Shown here piece after piece: positions 35,560-43,518 of a stretch of 64,000 nucleotides of DNA (position 1 is the first letter of the stretch; each line of letters opens with the position of its first letter). The notes under the pieces are model-generated. The model ran no database searches, was not told the origin of the DNA, and saw only the letters and a list, made by a program, of their open reading frames with translations. The DNA is from Candidatus Omnitrophota bacterium (lineage in GTDB: Bacteria; Omnitrophota; Gorgyraeia; Duberdicusellales; 4484-171): the NCBI GenBank assembly GCA_021735655.1, contig JAIPGM010000001.1, forward strand, positions 192,001-256,000. The letters are read 5' to 3'. The position numbers and the translations under genes are program-made.

Positions 35560-36277
35560 TAAAATTATGTTTTATTTAGGGTTAGCGGTATTTAGTATGC
35601 TTGTTAATATAACAGTGTTCGGTGCAGATATTTCATATCAGGATTTGGTTCAGAGTGCTAAAGATAATTTTGCTTACCAGGTTTCAAATATAAAAAGTAT
35701 TGAGTATAAAGTAGTGGTTTCTGATATTGATGCTGAAACTATTTTATATATAGATGTTTGGGCGAAGTCCCCGGGGAGAGTTAAGGTGAAGCGTTTGGAT
35801 GTTCGTCCTGAGGCAAGCGATGATGGTGAATTCATTTTTGATAAAGGCAAAAGTTGGTCTAATTCTTCGATGGTTCCGGTAGAGATGTATATGGGGATGG
35901 TCGAGCAAGCTTTGTCTGGTGACCTAAGAGGTGGGGCGGTTCTAGAAGAGGAGAGCGGCCTAAGAGAAGTTTCTGGTACAACATATGCAGTAGCTACTTT
36001 ATTGTTTTTCGGAAAGTGTAAGGTAAAGGCATATTATAAGATACCTGATTCCCGCCGACCGGATAAATACGAAGTATTTTTGCTTCAGGGAGATAATTGG
36101 AACAAGTTAATGGATCTAAAACCACAGGATTACCAGGAGGTTGAAGGATCAGTATTTCCCCGCAGGACTGTCCAAACTCTTTATGAGCCCGAAGGCCAAG
36201 AGGAAAGGGTTATGGAGTTTTACAAAATAAAGGTTAATCAGGAAATAGATGACAGTATTTTTCAGATTCCTCAATAA
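35552..36277 (+). CDS. Secreted protein of unknown function (Sec signal peptide)
   Basis: The ATG at 35552 has AAGGAG at 35541-35546. The ORF-track start 35495 lies inside the kinase gene. MRSKIMFYLGLAVFSMLVNITVFGADIS has an n-region, h-region and AxA-like cleavage site. Confidence 0.5.
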   Translation: MRSKIMFYLGLAVFSMLVNITVFGADISYQDLVQSAKDNFAYQVSNIKSIEYKVVVSDIDAETILYIDVWAKSPGRVKVKRLDVRPEASDDGEFIFDKGKSWSNSSMVPVEMYMGMVEQALSGDLRGGAVLEEESGLREVSGTTYAVATLLFFGKCKVKAYYKIPDSRRPDKYEVFLLQGDNWNKLMDLKPQDYQEVEGSVFPRRTVQTLYEPEGQEERVMEFYKIKVNQEIDDSIFQIPQ

Positions 36278-36345
36278 ATTTTCTTAACTGCATAGATAGG
36301 ATTTTGTTTATAGCATTATCCTTTTTTTACGTCTTGCCTTTTAAA

Positions 36346-37149
36346 ATGAAGAAAAACTATACAGTATCATTTATCGAAAGCGACAGTATGTGGCCGGTCT
36401 TGAGGCCTTCAGATAAGGTATTGATTAAGGCAGTATCTTCTGCTTCGTTAAGAGTAGGAGATATTATTGTTTATCGGAAAAAAGAATTTTCGGTTGCCCA
36501 CCGGATTGTCCGAGTAGTTAATAATAAGGGGTTTTCCACTTATTGGACCAGAGGTGACTTTAATTATAAGCTCGATCAGGTTTCTACTGAAAATATAATT
36601 GGTAAAATAGCTGGAGTTTATCGTGATGGCCACCTAAAGCCAGTAAGAGGTCCTGGGTGCTGCTGGCTGTTTTTTATTGTGTTTTTAGGGAAAGAGGCTT
36701 CAACCAGGGTTTTGGAAGGAATATATTCTCTTGGGTTTTTTCGTAGTTGGATTAAAAGATTGTTTCCTTTAAAGGTTTCTTATGTCGTGGTGGGGGACAT
36801 AAAAAGCAATGATGATTTTAAAAGCTTTTATCATCGGTCATTTGATTCTTTATGTGAAGGTGGAACTCAGACAGGAATTATGGCTTTGTTTAAGGGTAAG
36901 CCCATAGGTAAACTTTGGATTTTAATTGACAAAGAAGGCAGCTTTTTTTTCTATGGTCCTTATGTAAGGTTGCTTTACCGTGTGAGGGGAGTTGCTGGAG
37001 GATTGATTAAGCAAGCTGTGTGCTATCTTGAAGGCTCTGGTTTAAAAAGGTCTAAAGTGTATGCTTTTACAGGAGGTAGCCGAATCCTGCTCAACTGCTT
37101 TAGCCGAGAGGAAATAGAAGCTAGAGGAGATTTTCCAGATAAACTTTAG
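36346..37149 (+). CDS. ER/SipW-type signal-peptidase-like (S26B) domain fused to a ~150-aa C-terminal domain of unknown function
   Basis: ESDSMWPVLRPSDKVLIK contains the catalytic-Ser box SMxP. GDIIVYRKK...VAHRIVRV is a box-D equivalent with His in place of the bacterial Lys, as in archaeal/ER-type and SipW enzymes. The start is uncertain; a TTG at 36304 is also possible. Confidence 0.5.
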   Translation: MKKNYTVSFIESDSMWPVLRPSDKVLIKAVSSASLRVGDIIVYRKKEFSVAHRIVRVVNNKGFSTYWTRGDFNYKLDQVSTENIIGKIAGVYRDGHLKPVRGPGCCWLFFIVFLGKEASTRVLEGIYSLGFFRSWIKRLFPLKVSYVVVGDIKSNDDFKSFYHRSFDSLCEGGTQTGIMALFKGKPIGKLWILIDKEGSFFFYGPYVRLLYRVRGVAGGLIKQAVCYLEGSGLKRSKVYAFTGGSRILLNCFSREEIEARGDFPDKL

Positions 37150-37160
37150 AAGAATTAAAA

Positions 37161-38594
37161 ATGGAACAATTTGACTGTGTTTTAATCCATCATTCCGGGC
37201 CGGGCCCTAATGCTAAGCATATTGCTCCTAATGTCTCGATGGGTGTATTTGCTTTGGCAGATATTTTGCAGAGAAACGGCTACAGGACTGAAATAATTCA
37301 TTTAGGCATAGAAGAATATCTTGATAATAGTTTTTCTTTGGCCAGATATTTAAGAGTTAAAAAGCCATTATTGGTTGGAGTTACTTTGCATTGGCATTTA
37401 CAATGCTCTAAAACCGTAGGCTTAGTTAGAAGTATAAAAAAAATAGTTCCTGGCGTTAAAGTTATTTTAGGAGGTTATACGGCAAGCTTTTTTGCCGATC
37501 AAATAATGCCTGAAGTTAAGGAAGTTGATTTTATTATTAGAGGTGATGCTGAGAAACCTCTGCTGGAGTTGATGCGACAGTTAAAAGACGGCCATTTTGA
37601 CTTAAGTTCTGTGCCGAATCTTACTTGGCGTAGAGCCAAAAAGGTAATACATAACAAGCAGAGTTATGTAGCAAAAAAGGAGGATCTTGATCAGTTAAAT
37701 TTCTCTAATTTTAAACTTATGAAAAATAGTCAGTTTTATTTAGGTTCATTAGCTAAAATTTACCAGTCAGTGCAGGATACAGAAACATACAATCTTCTTA
37801 AACTGAATCCTTTTTATCTTTCTGTTGGTCGAGGCTGTCGGTTTAATTGTCTGTTTTGCGGTGGATCGGCAATGGCGCAGAAATTAATTAACAACCGAAA
37901 TAATTTAGTTTTTCGTTCTTCCAAAAAAGTCATCTCTACCATTAAAGACGCTTTTCGAGAAGGAGTAGATACTTTTTGTATTTGTTTTGATCCTAATCTT
38001 GACAAATCTTATTATTTTGATTTATTTCAGTCTATCCGCAAAAATAGAATAAAAATTTCAATGATGTTTGATTGTTGGTCTTTGCCATCATTTGAGTTCA
38101 TTGATGCATTTGCTAAGACTTTTCAAGATGGAAAACATAGTAGCTTAGCCTTATCTCCAGAAACCGGTTCTGAGCGCTTACGAAAAAAGTATAAAGGTTC
38201 ATTCCATACTAACCAGGAATACTTTGAGGTATTTCGTTATTTACGGGCAAAAGGCATAAAATGTGTTGTGCAGTTTGGCTATATATTTCCGGGTGAAAGC
38301 ATGGTAGATTTTAAGAAGACTAGTGACTTCATTGAAACCACCAATGAAATTTTTAAAGGACGAGTGCTTGTAATTATAAATAAATGCGTGATTGACCCGG
38401 CTTCTTTGTTTTATATGTTTCCGAAAAAGTATAAAATAACCAGAAAAGCGGTTAGCTTCTCTGATTATTGTAGATTAGATCCCTGGAAGAGCTATTCTTT
38501 TTTTCCCGCCCAGCAAAAGAAAATGAAAGCTGTTTTAAAGATGTGGCAAAAGGTTGAGGCTCTTCAGTTATTGGATATTGCTGATCCGATCTGA
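37161..38594 (+). CDS. B12-binding radical SAM (class B) enzyme
   Basis: The N-terminal B12-binding-like region is CVLIHHSGPGPNAKHIAPNVSMGVFALADILQRNGYRTEIIHLG. The rSAM motif is SVGRGCRFNCLFCGG (~37830-37860). Confidence 0.75.
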   Translation: MEQFDCVLIHHSGPGPNAKHIAPNVSMGVFALADILQRNGYRTEIIHLGIEEYLDNSFSLARYLRVKKPLLVGVTLHWHLQCSKTVGLVRSIKKIVPGVKVILGGYTASFFADQIMPEVKEVDFIIRGDAEKPLLELMRQLKDGHFDLSSVPNLTWRRAKKVIHNKQSYVAKKEDLDQLNFSNFKLMKNSQFYLGSLAKIYQSVQDTETYNLLKLNPFYLSVGRGCRFNCLFCGGSAMAQKLINNRNNLVFRSSKKVISTIKDAFREGVDTFCICFDPNLDKSYYFDLFQSIRKNRIKISMMFDCWSLPSFEFIDAFAKTFQDGKHSSLALSPETGSERLRKKYKGSFHTNQEYFEVFRYLRAKGIKCVVQFGYIFPGESMVDFKKTSDFIETTNEIFKGRVLVIINKCVIDPASLFYMFPKKYKITRKAVSFSDYCRLDPWKSYSFFPAQQKKMKAVLKMWQKVEALQLLDIADPI

Positions 38595-38613
38595 CCGCGT
38601 TTTAAAGGCGCTT

Positions 38614-39774
38614 TTAAAAAATCATCTTGAAAATGTGTTTTATAAGTCTATAGGGTATATAGAAAATTCTTAGGTGGTATTTTCTAGCTGTTGTTACACA
38701 ACGTTGGGGCAGAGAATAATACTTAGCAAATTGTTCCTGTGGTACGGTTAAAATGTATTTTAAGGGGTAGCTTATGGTGTCGTAATAGATAAATTGACAG
38801 AGGGTGTAGATATAAGGTAGATTTTCCATTCTTACTGGGGTGTAGGTAAAGCGCTGCACGATAGAAGATATTAAATATTTTTGCCAACCAGGCACTTTAA
38901 GTTTTTTCAGGAAAAATTTAAGGTCGACATCCAAAACGAATTGCATTTGATATAATAGAAGGTAGAGGCTTGCTTTGGCTTTTTCTTGTTCAGCTGCCTT
39001 TAAGATATATTCCCAGTTAAGATTTTCCTCTTTTAGGATAATCCCCAAGTCACAAATGTATTTTAAATTAAGTATTTTTCCGAACCGTCGCTGATGTAAG
39101 GCAAGGCTTAGAATAGTGTCTTCGGCGCTTAAAGCTCTAAAGGAGTATCCTGGGCCTTGGATTAGGCGCAGGCGATTCCATGCATCAGGCAATACTTTTT
39201 GCTTAAAGCGATTGCAATCTAAAGCCCAGTGCAGTTCGACTAGTGTAGCTTGGCCATTAGTTTCTTTAGTGAAAGAGAGGTGACATTGGTGCTTTCGCCA
39301 GTAAGCTTCGTCAGATCCGAGAAATTCCTTTTTATAGCCCATGGCCAGAAGAAGAAAAGTTGCTTTTTCAAAGTTTTTTTCAGTGGTGAACAGGTCTATG
39401 TCTGATGAAGGACGTATCCCAAAATGCTTGTAGTATTTATCAGGCAAAGAAAAGCCCTTAATCGGAATAATTAGGGTATCGGATTTTTCCGCTTCTTTGA
39501 GTATATTTGATAATTCAATACATAGATTTTCATGGTTAAAAATTTTTAAGCAATAAAACTTTTTATAAAGTTGTTCAAAGCCTTTCGGTATCGGGTATGA
39601 ATTTTCTTTAAGTATAACCTGAAGAAAGTGAGGTAGCTCATGGTAAAAAATAGCATAACCTAGGTTTTTTCCGTGTATGTTTTCTGCTTTGAGGCTTTTT
39701 AGGAGTAGATCACGTTGGTTTCCATAGACTATTTCCTTCGCTAGGTATTTGATTATTTTTTCTTCAGTTTTCAT
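38614..39774 (-). CDS. Nucleotidyltransferase-fold protein (minimal NTase / NTP_transf_5-like)
   Basis: GIRPSSDIDLFTTEKNFEKATFLLLAMGY matches the G[SG]x9-13DhD NTase signature (SDIDL). The ORF track extends to 39882 but would overlap the upstream rSAM gene by 86 nt. The internal start MKTEEK at 39774 is preferred, though it lacks a clear RBS. Confidence 0.5.
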   Translation of the reverse strand: MKTEEKIIKYLAKEIVYGNQRDLLLKSLKAENIHGKNLGYAIFYHELPHFLQVILKENSYPIPKGFEQLYKKFYCLKIFNHENLCIELSNILKEAEKSDTLIIPIKGFSLPDKYYKHFGIRPSSDIDLFTTEKNFEKATFLLLAMGYKKEFLGSDEAYWRKHQCHLSFTKETNGQATLVELHWALDCNRFKQKVLPDAWNRLRLIQGPGYSFRALSAEDTILSLALHQRRFGKILNLKYICDLGIILKEENLNWEYILKAAEQEKAKASLYLLLYQMQFVLDVDLKFFLKKLKVPGWQKYLISSIVQRFTYTPVRMENLPYIYTLCQFIYYDTISYPLKYILTVPQEQFAKYYSLPQRCVTTARKYHLRIFYIPYRLIKHIFKMIF

Positions 39775-39796
39775 CTTGTAGTAATTAAACTTAGTA

Positions 39797-40843
39797 TTAT
39801 AAAAATAAAGGATAAATGGTTTTGCCCGGGCATTCTTCCGGACAGGATTTTCCTTTACGAAAGGTCCGGTATTTTTCTCCATACCATATATCCTTAAAAG
39901 ATAACTTATTTATATTTCCGAGTGATTTTTTTTCGGCATAAACACAACCTAAGACTTCACCTTCTAAAGTTATAACTGATTGAACCCAAGACAGATAGCA
40001 GGGTTTTTGTTTAGTCTGGCTTTGAATTTTCTGAGGTATTTTGTTACCACTGGCAAAATTTAAGAAACTTTTAATATTGTTGGGAATTTTTATCTTACTG
40101 GAAATGCTTGAGATTTTTTCCACGAATTCTTCCTGCTCAGACTCCGGAGGAATAAGTCTTTTATTTAGTTCCGGAGTCATAAGTAGAGGTTTAAACAGCA
40201 GCTTATCTGCCGATAATTTCTGGCTAAGAGCGATCATCTCGGCAGCATTGTGGTAATTAAGATTAGATATTACGTTTACCAGAAACAAGAGAGGGTATCG
40301 TTTTTTGCCTTTTAGGGACTTTATCAGGAAGAGATTGTTTAATAAAGTATTGAAATCTTTTTTGTTTCTGGAGGGCCTGATCCTTTGGAAAGTTTCAGCA
40401 TCCGCGCAATGAAGACTTACCAGAATTTTTTTTACACCCTTTTCTATTAGCTTGGCTATATTAGTTTTATCAAGATAAAAGGCATTGGTCATTAGCTCAA
40501 CATTGATTTTTTGCTCACCGGCTATGCTTATAAGTTTAAACAGATCGGGATGCATTAGTGGTTCACCTTCTCCGGTAAATAAAATAGTGTTTACCTGAAG
40601 GGTTTTTAATTGCTTAACCAGGGCAGAAAATGTATCACAGGAGATATGCTGATCCGGTTTTTTTTTGGATATCGCCCCTGAATGATACCAACACATTTCG
40701 CAAGCCATGTCGCATTTATTGGTTATATCAAGAGTTATCTTAAGCGGTCCGGTAAAAGCTCTGCTTCGGGAAAGTATTCCTAGGAGGCGGAGCATATTGT
40801 GAGAATTTGAAAGATAGTGTAGATTGTTTTTTAACGAAAACAT
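39797..40843 (-). CDS. Radical SAM enzyme with SPASM/twitch-like C-terminal Cys cluster (same family as 12887/17592/62098)
   Basis: The motif is NKCDMACEMC (~40690-40730 on the - strand). The C-terminus is KPCYLSWVQSVITLEGEVLGCVYAEKKSLGNINKLSFKDIW...KSCPEECPG. Confidence 0.8.
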   Translation of the reverse strand: MFSLKNNLHYLSNSHNMLRLLGILSRSRAFTGPLKITLDITNKCDMACEMCWYHSGAISKKKPDQHISCDTFSALVKQLKTLQVNTILFTGEGEPLMHPDLFKLISIAGEQKINVELMTNAFYLDKTNIAKLIEKGVKKILVSLHCADAETFQRIRPSRNKKDFNTLLNNLFLIKSLKGKKRYPLLFLVNVISNLNYHNAAEMIALSQKLSADKLLFKPLLMTPELNKRLIPPESEQEEFVEKISSISSKIKIPNNIKSFLNFASGNKIPQKIQSQTKQKPCYLSWVQSVITLEGEVLGCVYAEKKSLGNINKLSFKDIWYGEKYRTFRKGKSCPEECPGKTIYPLFL

Positions 40844-41059
40844 AAGGTGATGTAATATGAGTACAATTAAAAATTATTATATCATTTTTAGCCCCGTAAA
40901 GACAGGGTTTTGAAGGGGATTTCTAGGCTTAAGACAGGCTATTGTGTTATGGTCATTAAGTATATATAATATATATTCCCAGGTAGATACACTAGTATTT
41001 TTCATAATAGTGCTAATTTTAAAGTTTTTAGTAGAATCTAACAAAGAGCTTGAGTATTT

Positions 41060-41911
41060 ATGAGCAAACCTTTATTATCGGTGATTATCCCAGCTTTTAA
41101 CGCCGAAATTTACATTGAAAAATGTTTGCAACCATTGATTAAGAATCTGTCTGATGGTTTAGAAGTAATTGTTGTCGATAATGGGTCAGTTGATAAAACA
41201 GCAGCTATTGTAACTGAGGGATACCCTCAGGTAACTTTGTTGAAAAATCAGGAAAATCTCGGTGCTTGTAGGGCTAGGAATCAAGCTATCGAAGTCTCAT
41301 CTGGAGAATGGGTTTTGACTCTTGATTGTGATGTGGTTTTGGAAGATGACTTTATTTTAAAAGTATCTCAGTTGATAGATGATCTGCCGTCTGATCGTAT
41401 TGGAATAATCCAGCCAAAAATATTGCAAGCTGACAAAAAAACTATTGATTCCTGTGGAATCCATCTTTCCTGGTTGAGGAGATTCTATGATCTTGGGAAG
41501 GGGAAAACTGACTCCGGCCAATTCAATGAATCTATCTATGTTTTCGGCGCCTGCTCAGCCTGCGCTCTTTATCGGCGGACGATGCTTGAGGATTTAAAAG
41601 AAAGTGGAGAATACTTTGATCAAAAGTTCTTTTTTTTAGTGGAAGATGTGGACTTGGCCTGGCGAGCAAATAATAGGCAGTGGCAATCATTCTTTTTTCC
41701 TTTTATTTCTTGTTGTCATATCGGAAAAAGTTCAGGTTTTCCTAAGAAATTCCGGCAGTATCTTTGTTTTCGCAATCGCTACTACACAATAGCTAAAAAC
41801 GAGGGGTTGGGTAGGTATGCCGGAAAAATTTTACCTGTGATTATATATGATTTTCCTAGGTTGGTTTATTTGGCTTTAACTAATAAATATTTCTGGACTA
41901 GAAAATTGTGA
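41060..41911 (+). CDS. Glycosyltransferase family 2 (GT-A, inverting)
   Basis: The N-terminus LLSVIIPAFNAEIYIEKCL and VVDNGSVDKT are typical of GT2. TLDCDVVL provides a DxD-like motif. Confidence 0.8.
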   Translation: MSKPLLSVIIPAFNAEIYIEKCLQPLIKNLSDGLEVIVVDNGSVDKTAAIVTEGYPQVTLLKNQENLGACRARNQAIEVSSGEWVLTLDCDVVLEDDFILKVSQLIDDLPSDRIGIIQPKILQADKKTIDSCGIHLSWLRRFYDLGKGKTDSGQFNESIYVFGACSACALYRRTMLEDLKESGEYFDQKFFFLVEDVDLAWRANNRQWQSFFFPFISCCHIGKSSGFPKKFRQYLCFRNRYYTIAKNEGLGRYAGKILPVIIYDFPRLVYLALTNKYFWTRKL

Positions 41912-43407
41912 AAACCGAAAACGGAATTACAAACCGGCGTGATTTTTGGATAAAGATTTCTCTGTTCTTTTTTGCTCTTTTTCTGCTTAGGGTATATGGT
42001 CTTAGCCGGCATGAGTTTTGGTATGATGAAATATACTCGGTTGATTTTGCCCGTTCTCCCTTGCTCAGTTGGAACGCCCCTCTTTATTGGATTATTATTC
42101 ATTTTTGGTCAAAGTTATTTGGTTTGTCTGAATTCAGCCTGCGTTTTCCTTCTGCTATTTTTAGTCTGGCTACTTGCGTAGGGACCTATGTTTTGGGAAA
42201 GATGATATTTAGCCGGAGGATCGGGCTTTTGTCAGCTTTGATCATTGGCTTGTCACCTTTCCACCTCTGGTATGCTCAGGAAGCCAGGAATTACAGCCTG
42301 GTAACTTTTTTGGGAATATTTTCTTCTTATTTATTTTTTCGGGCTCTTAATGAGAGAAAAACAATATTTTGGGTTTACTTTGTAGTAATTTCTTTGCTTG
42401 GCGTGTACACAAACTACTTTTATTTGTTTTTGTTGTTTTTTCAAGGGGTCTATTTTGTTTGCTTCCGGGGGGTCAGATTCAAGCTTAAAGAAATATGGCC
42501 TTTTTTAATAGTTCTTGCCGGATTTATGTTTTATTTTCCGGGATTTATCAGTAAGTTTGCTTTTGTAAAATTAGGTTTTTGGGTGCCTAAGCCAGAGCTT
42601 GGGGCACTACTTATTAGTTTTGAGAATTTTCTTTTGGGTTATAGCGGAAACAGATTTTTTTATCTAGTGGCTAGTTTAATAACTTTAGTTTGTATTGGTG
42701 CGTTATTATATAAAGTAATAAAGGATAAGGCTATTTGCCAGGGGGTATTTTTTTGTTTTTGTTTATCGTTTGCTCCGATATTATTGATATTTTTGTTTTC
42801 CAGTATTTTTTTCTCAATTTATTTAGATCGGGGCCTGATGTTGTTCAGTCCTTATTTTTATATTCTTCTTTCTTTGGGATTGTTTTATTTGGTTCGACGC
42901 TGGAGAATCATTGTTTTTATTTCTCTTGTTTTTTTACAGATAGTTGCTATTTTCGGATTTTATCAGGATCGGATGTATCCGCCGCTTAAGCATCATATCG
43001 GAACTTATCTTAAAAAACCGGTTAAACCGGCCATAACTTTTCTTGAGGACAATGTCCGAGAGGGTGATATTGTTGCTTATACTAATCCTTCGGCCATACG
43101 TTCTATGGAATATTATAGCCAGCGGAGATTAGCTGATTTTTATATGTTTTTTGATCCGAGCTTGTCGGAATCATCTTGGCAAAGGCCTATCCAGGAAACA
43201 GCCACTATAGTTCCATATAATAAAATAAGAGGCTTACCTGCTGAACGTATTTGGGTTATTTTTAATGATTGGGGTAGAACCGGTGGCTTGGATGAACATT
43301 CAAAAATAGTAAAGGATTGGATGGATGAAAATCTTACCTTGAAAACTTCCCGGGAATTTGATGGCTTGTGGGTATTGGAGTATACAAAGAAAGTCATTAG
43401 CCCATAG
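41908..43407 (+). CDS. GT-C fold membrane glycosyltransferase, PMT/ArnT-like (GT39/GT83 family)
   Basis: It has more than ten predicted TM helices. The first periplasmic loop carries the family hallmark RHEFWYDEIYSVDFA (DE motif). The ATGA overlap with the upstream gene indicates coupling. Confidence 0.7.
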   Translation: MKTENGITNRRDFWIKISLFFFALFLLRVYGLSRHEFWYDEIYSVDFARSPLLSWNAPLYWIIIHFWSKLFGLSEFSLRFPSAIFSLATCVGTYVLGKMIFSRRIGLLSALIIGLSPFHLWYAQEARNYSLVTFLGIFSSYLFFRALNERKTIFWVYFVVISLLGVYTNYFYLFLLFFQGVYFVCFRGVRFKLKEIWPFLIVLAGFMFYFPGFISKFAFVKLGFWVPKPELGALLISFENFLLGYSGNRFFYLVASLITLVCIGALLYKVIKDKAICQGVFFCFCLSFAPILLIFLFSSIFFSIYLDRGLMLFSPYFYILLSLGLFYLVRRWRIIVFISLVFLQIVAIFGFYQDRMYPPLKHHIGTYLKKPVKPAITFLEDNVREGDIVAYTNPSAIRSMEYYSQRRLADFYMFFDPSLSESSWQRPIQETATIVPYNKIRGLPAERIWVIFNDWGRTGGLDEHSKIVKDWMDENLTLKTSREFDGLWVLEYTKKVISP

Positions 43408-43518
43408 TAGGCCTGTGTTTTGTTGATGATTTAGCTGGGGTTATGATAAAATATGTAGACTAATGAGAATTACTGTATTAAACGAGACTCATTTACAGCA
43501 AAAGCTTAACCGAAAACA

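Noticed and set aside
38597-38615. Possible short hairpin GCG-N9-CGC followed by TTTT between convergent genes 37161(+) and 38614(-)
   Set aside because: The stem is only 3 bp and overlaps the stop region of the minus-strand gene. This is too weak to call an intrinsic terminator.
40857-40913. 18-codon ORF (MSTIKNYYIIFSPVKTGF) with AAGGTGA upstream in the divergent intergenic region
   Set aside because: It is too short, has no Cys/Gly-rich or other RiPP-like features, and sits in an AT-rich divergent promoter region where such ORFs arise by chance.
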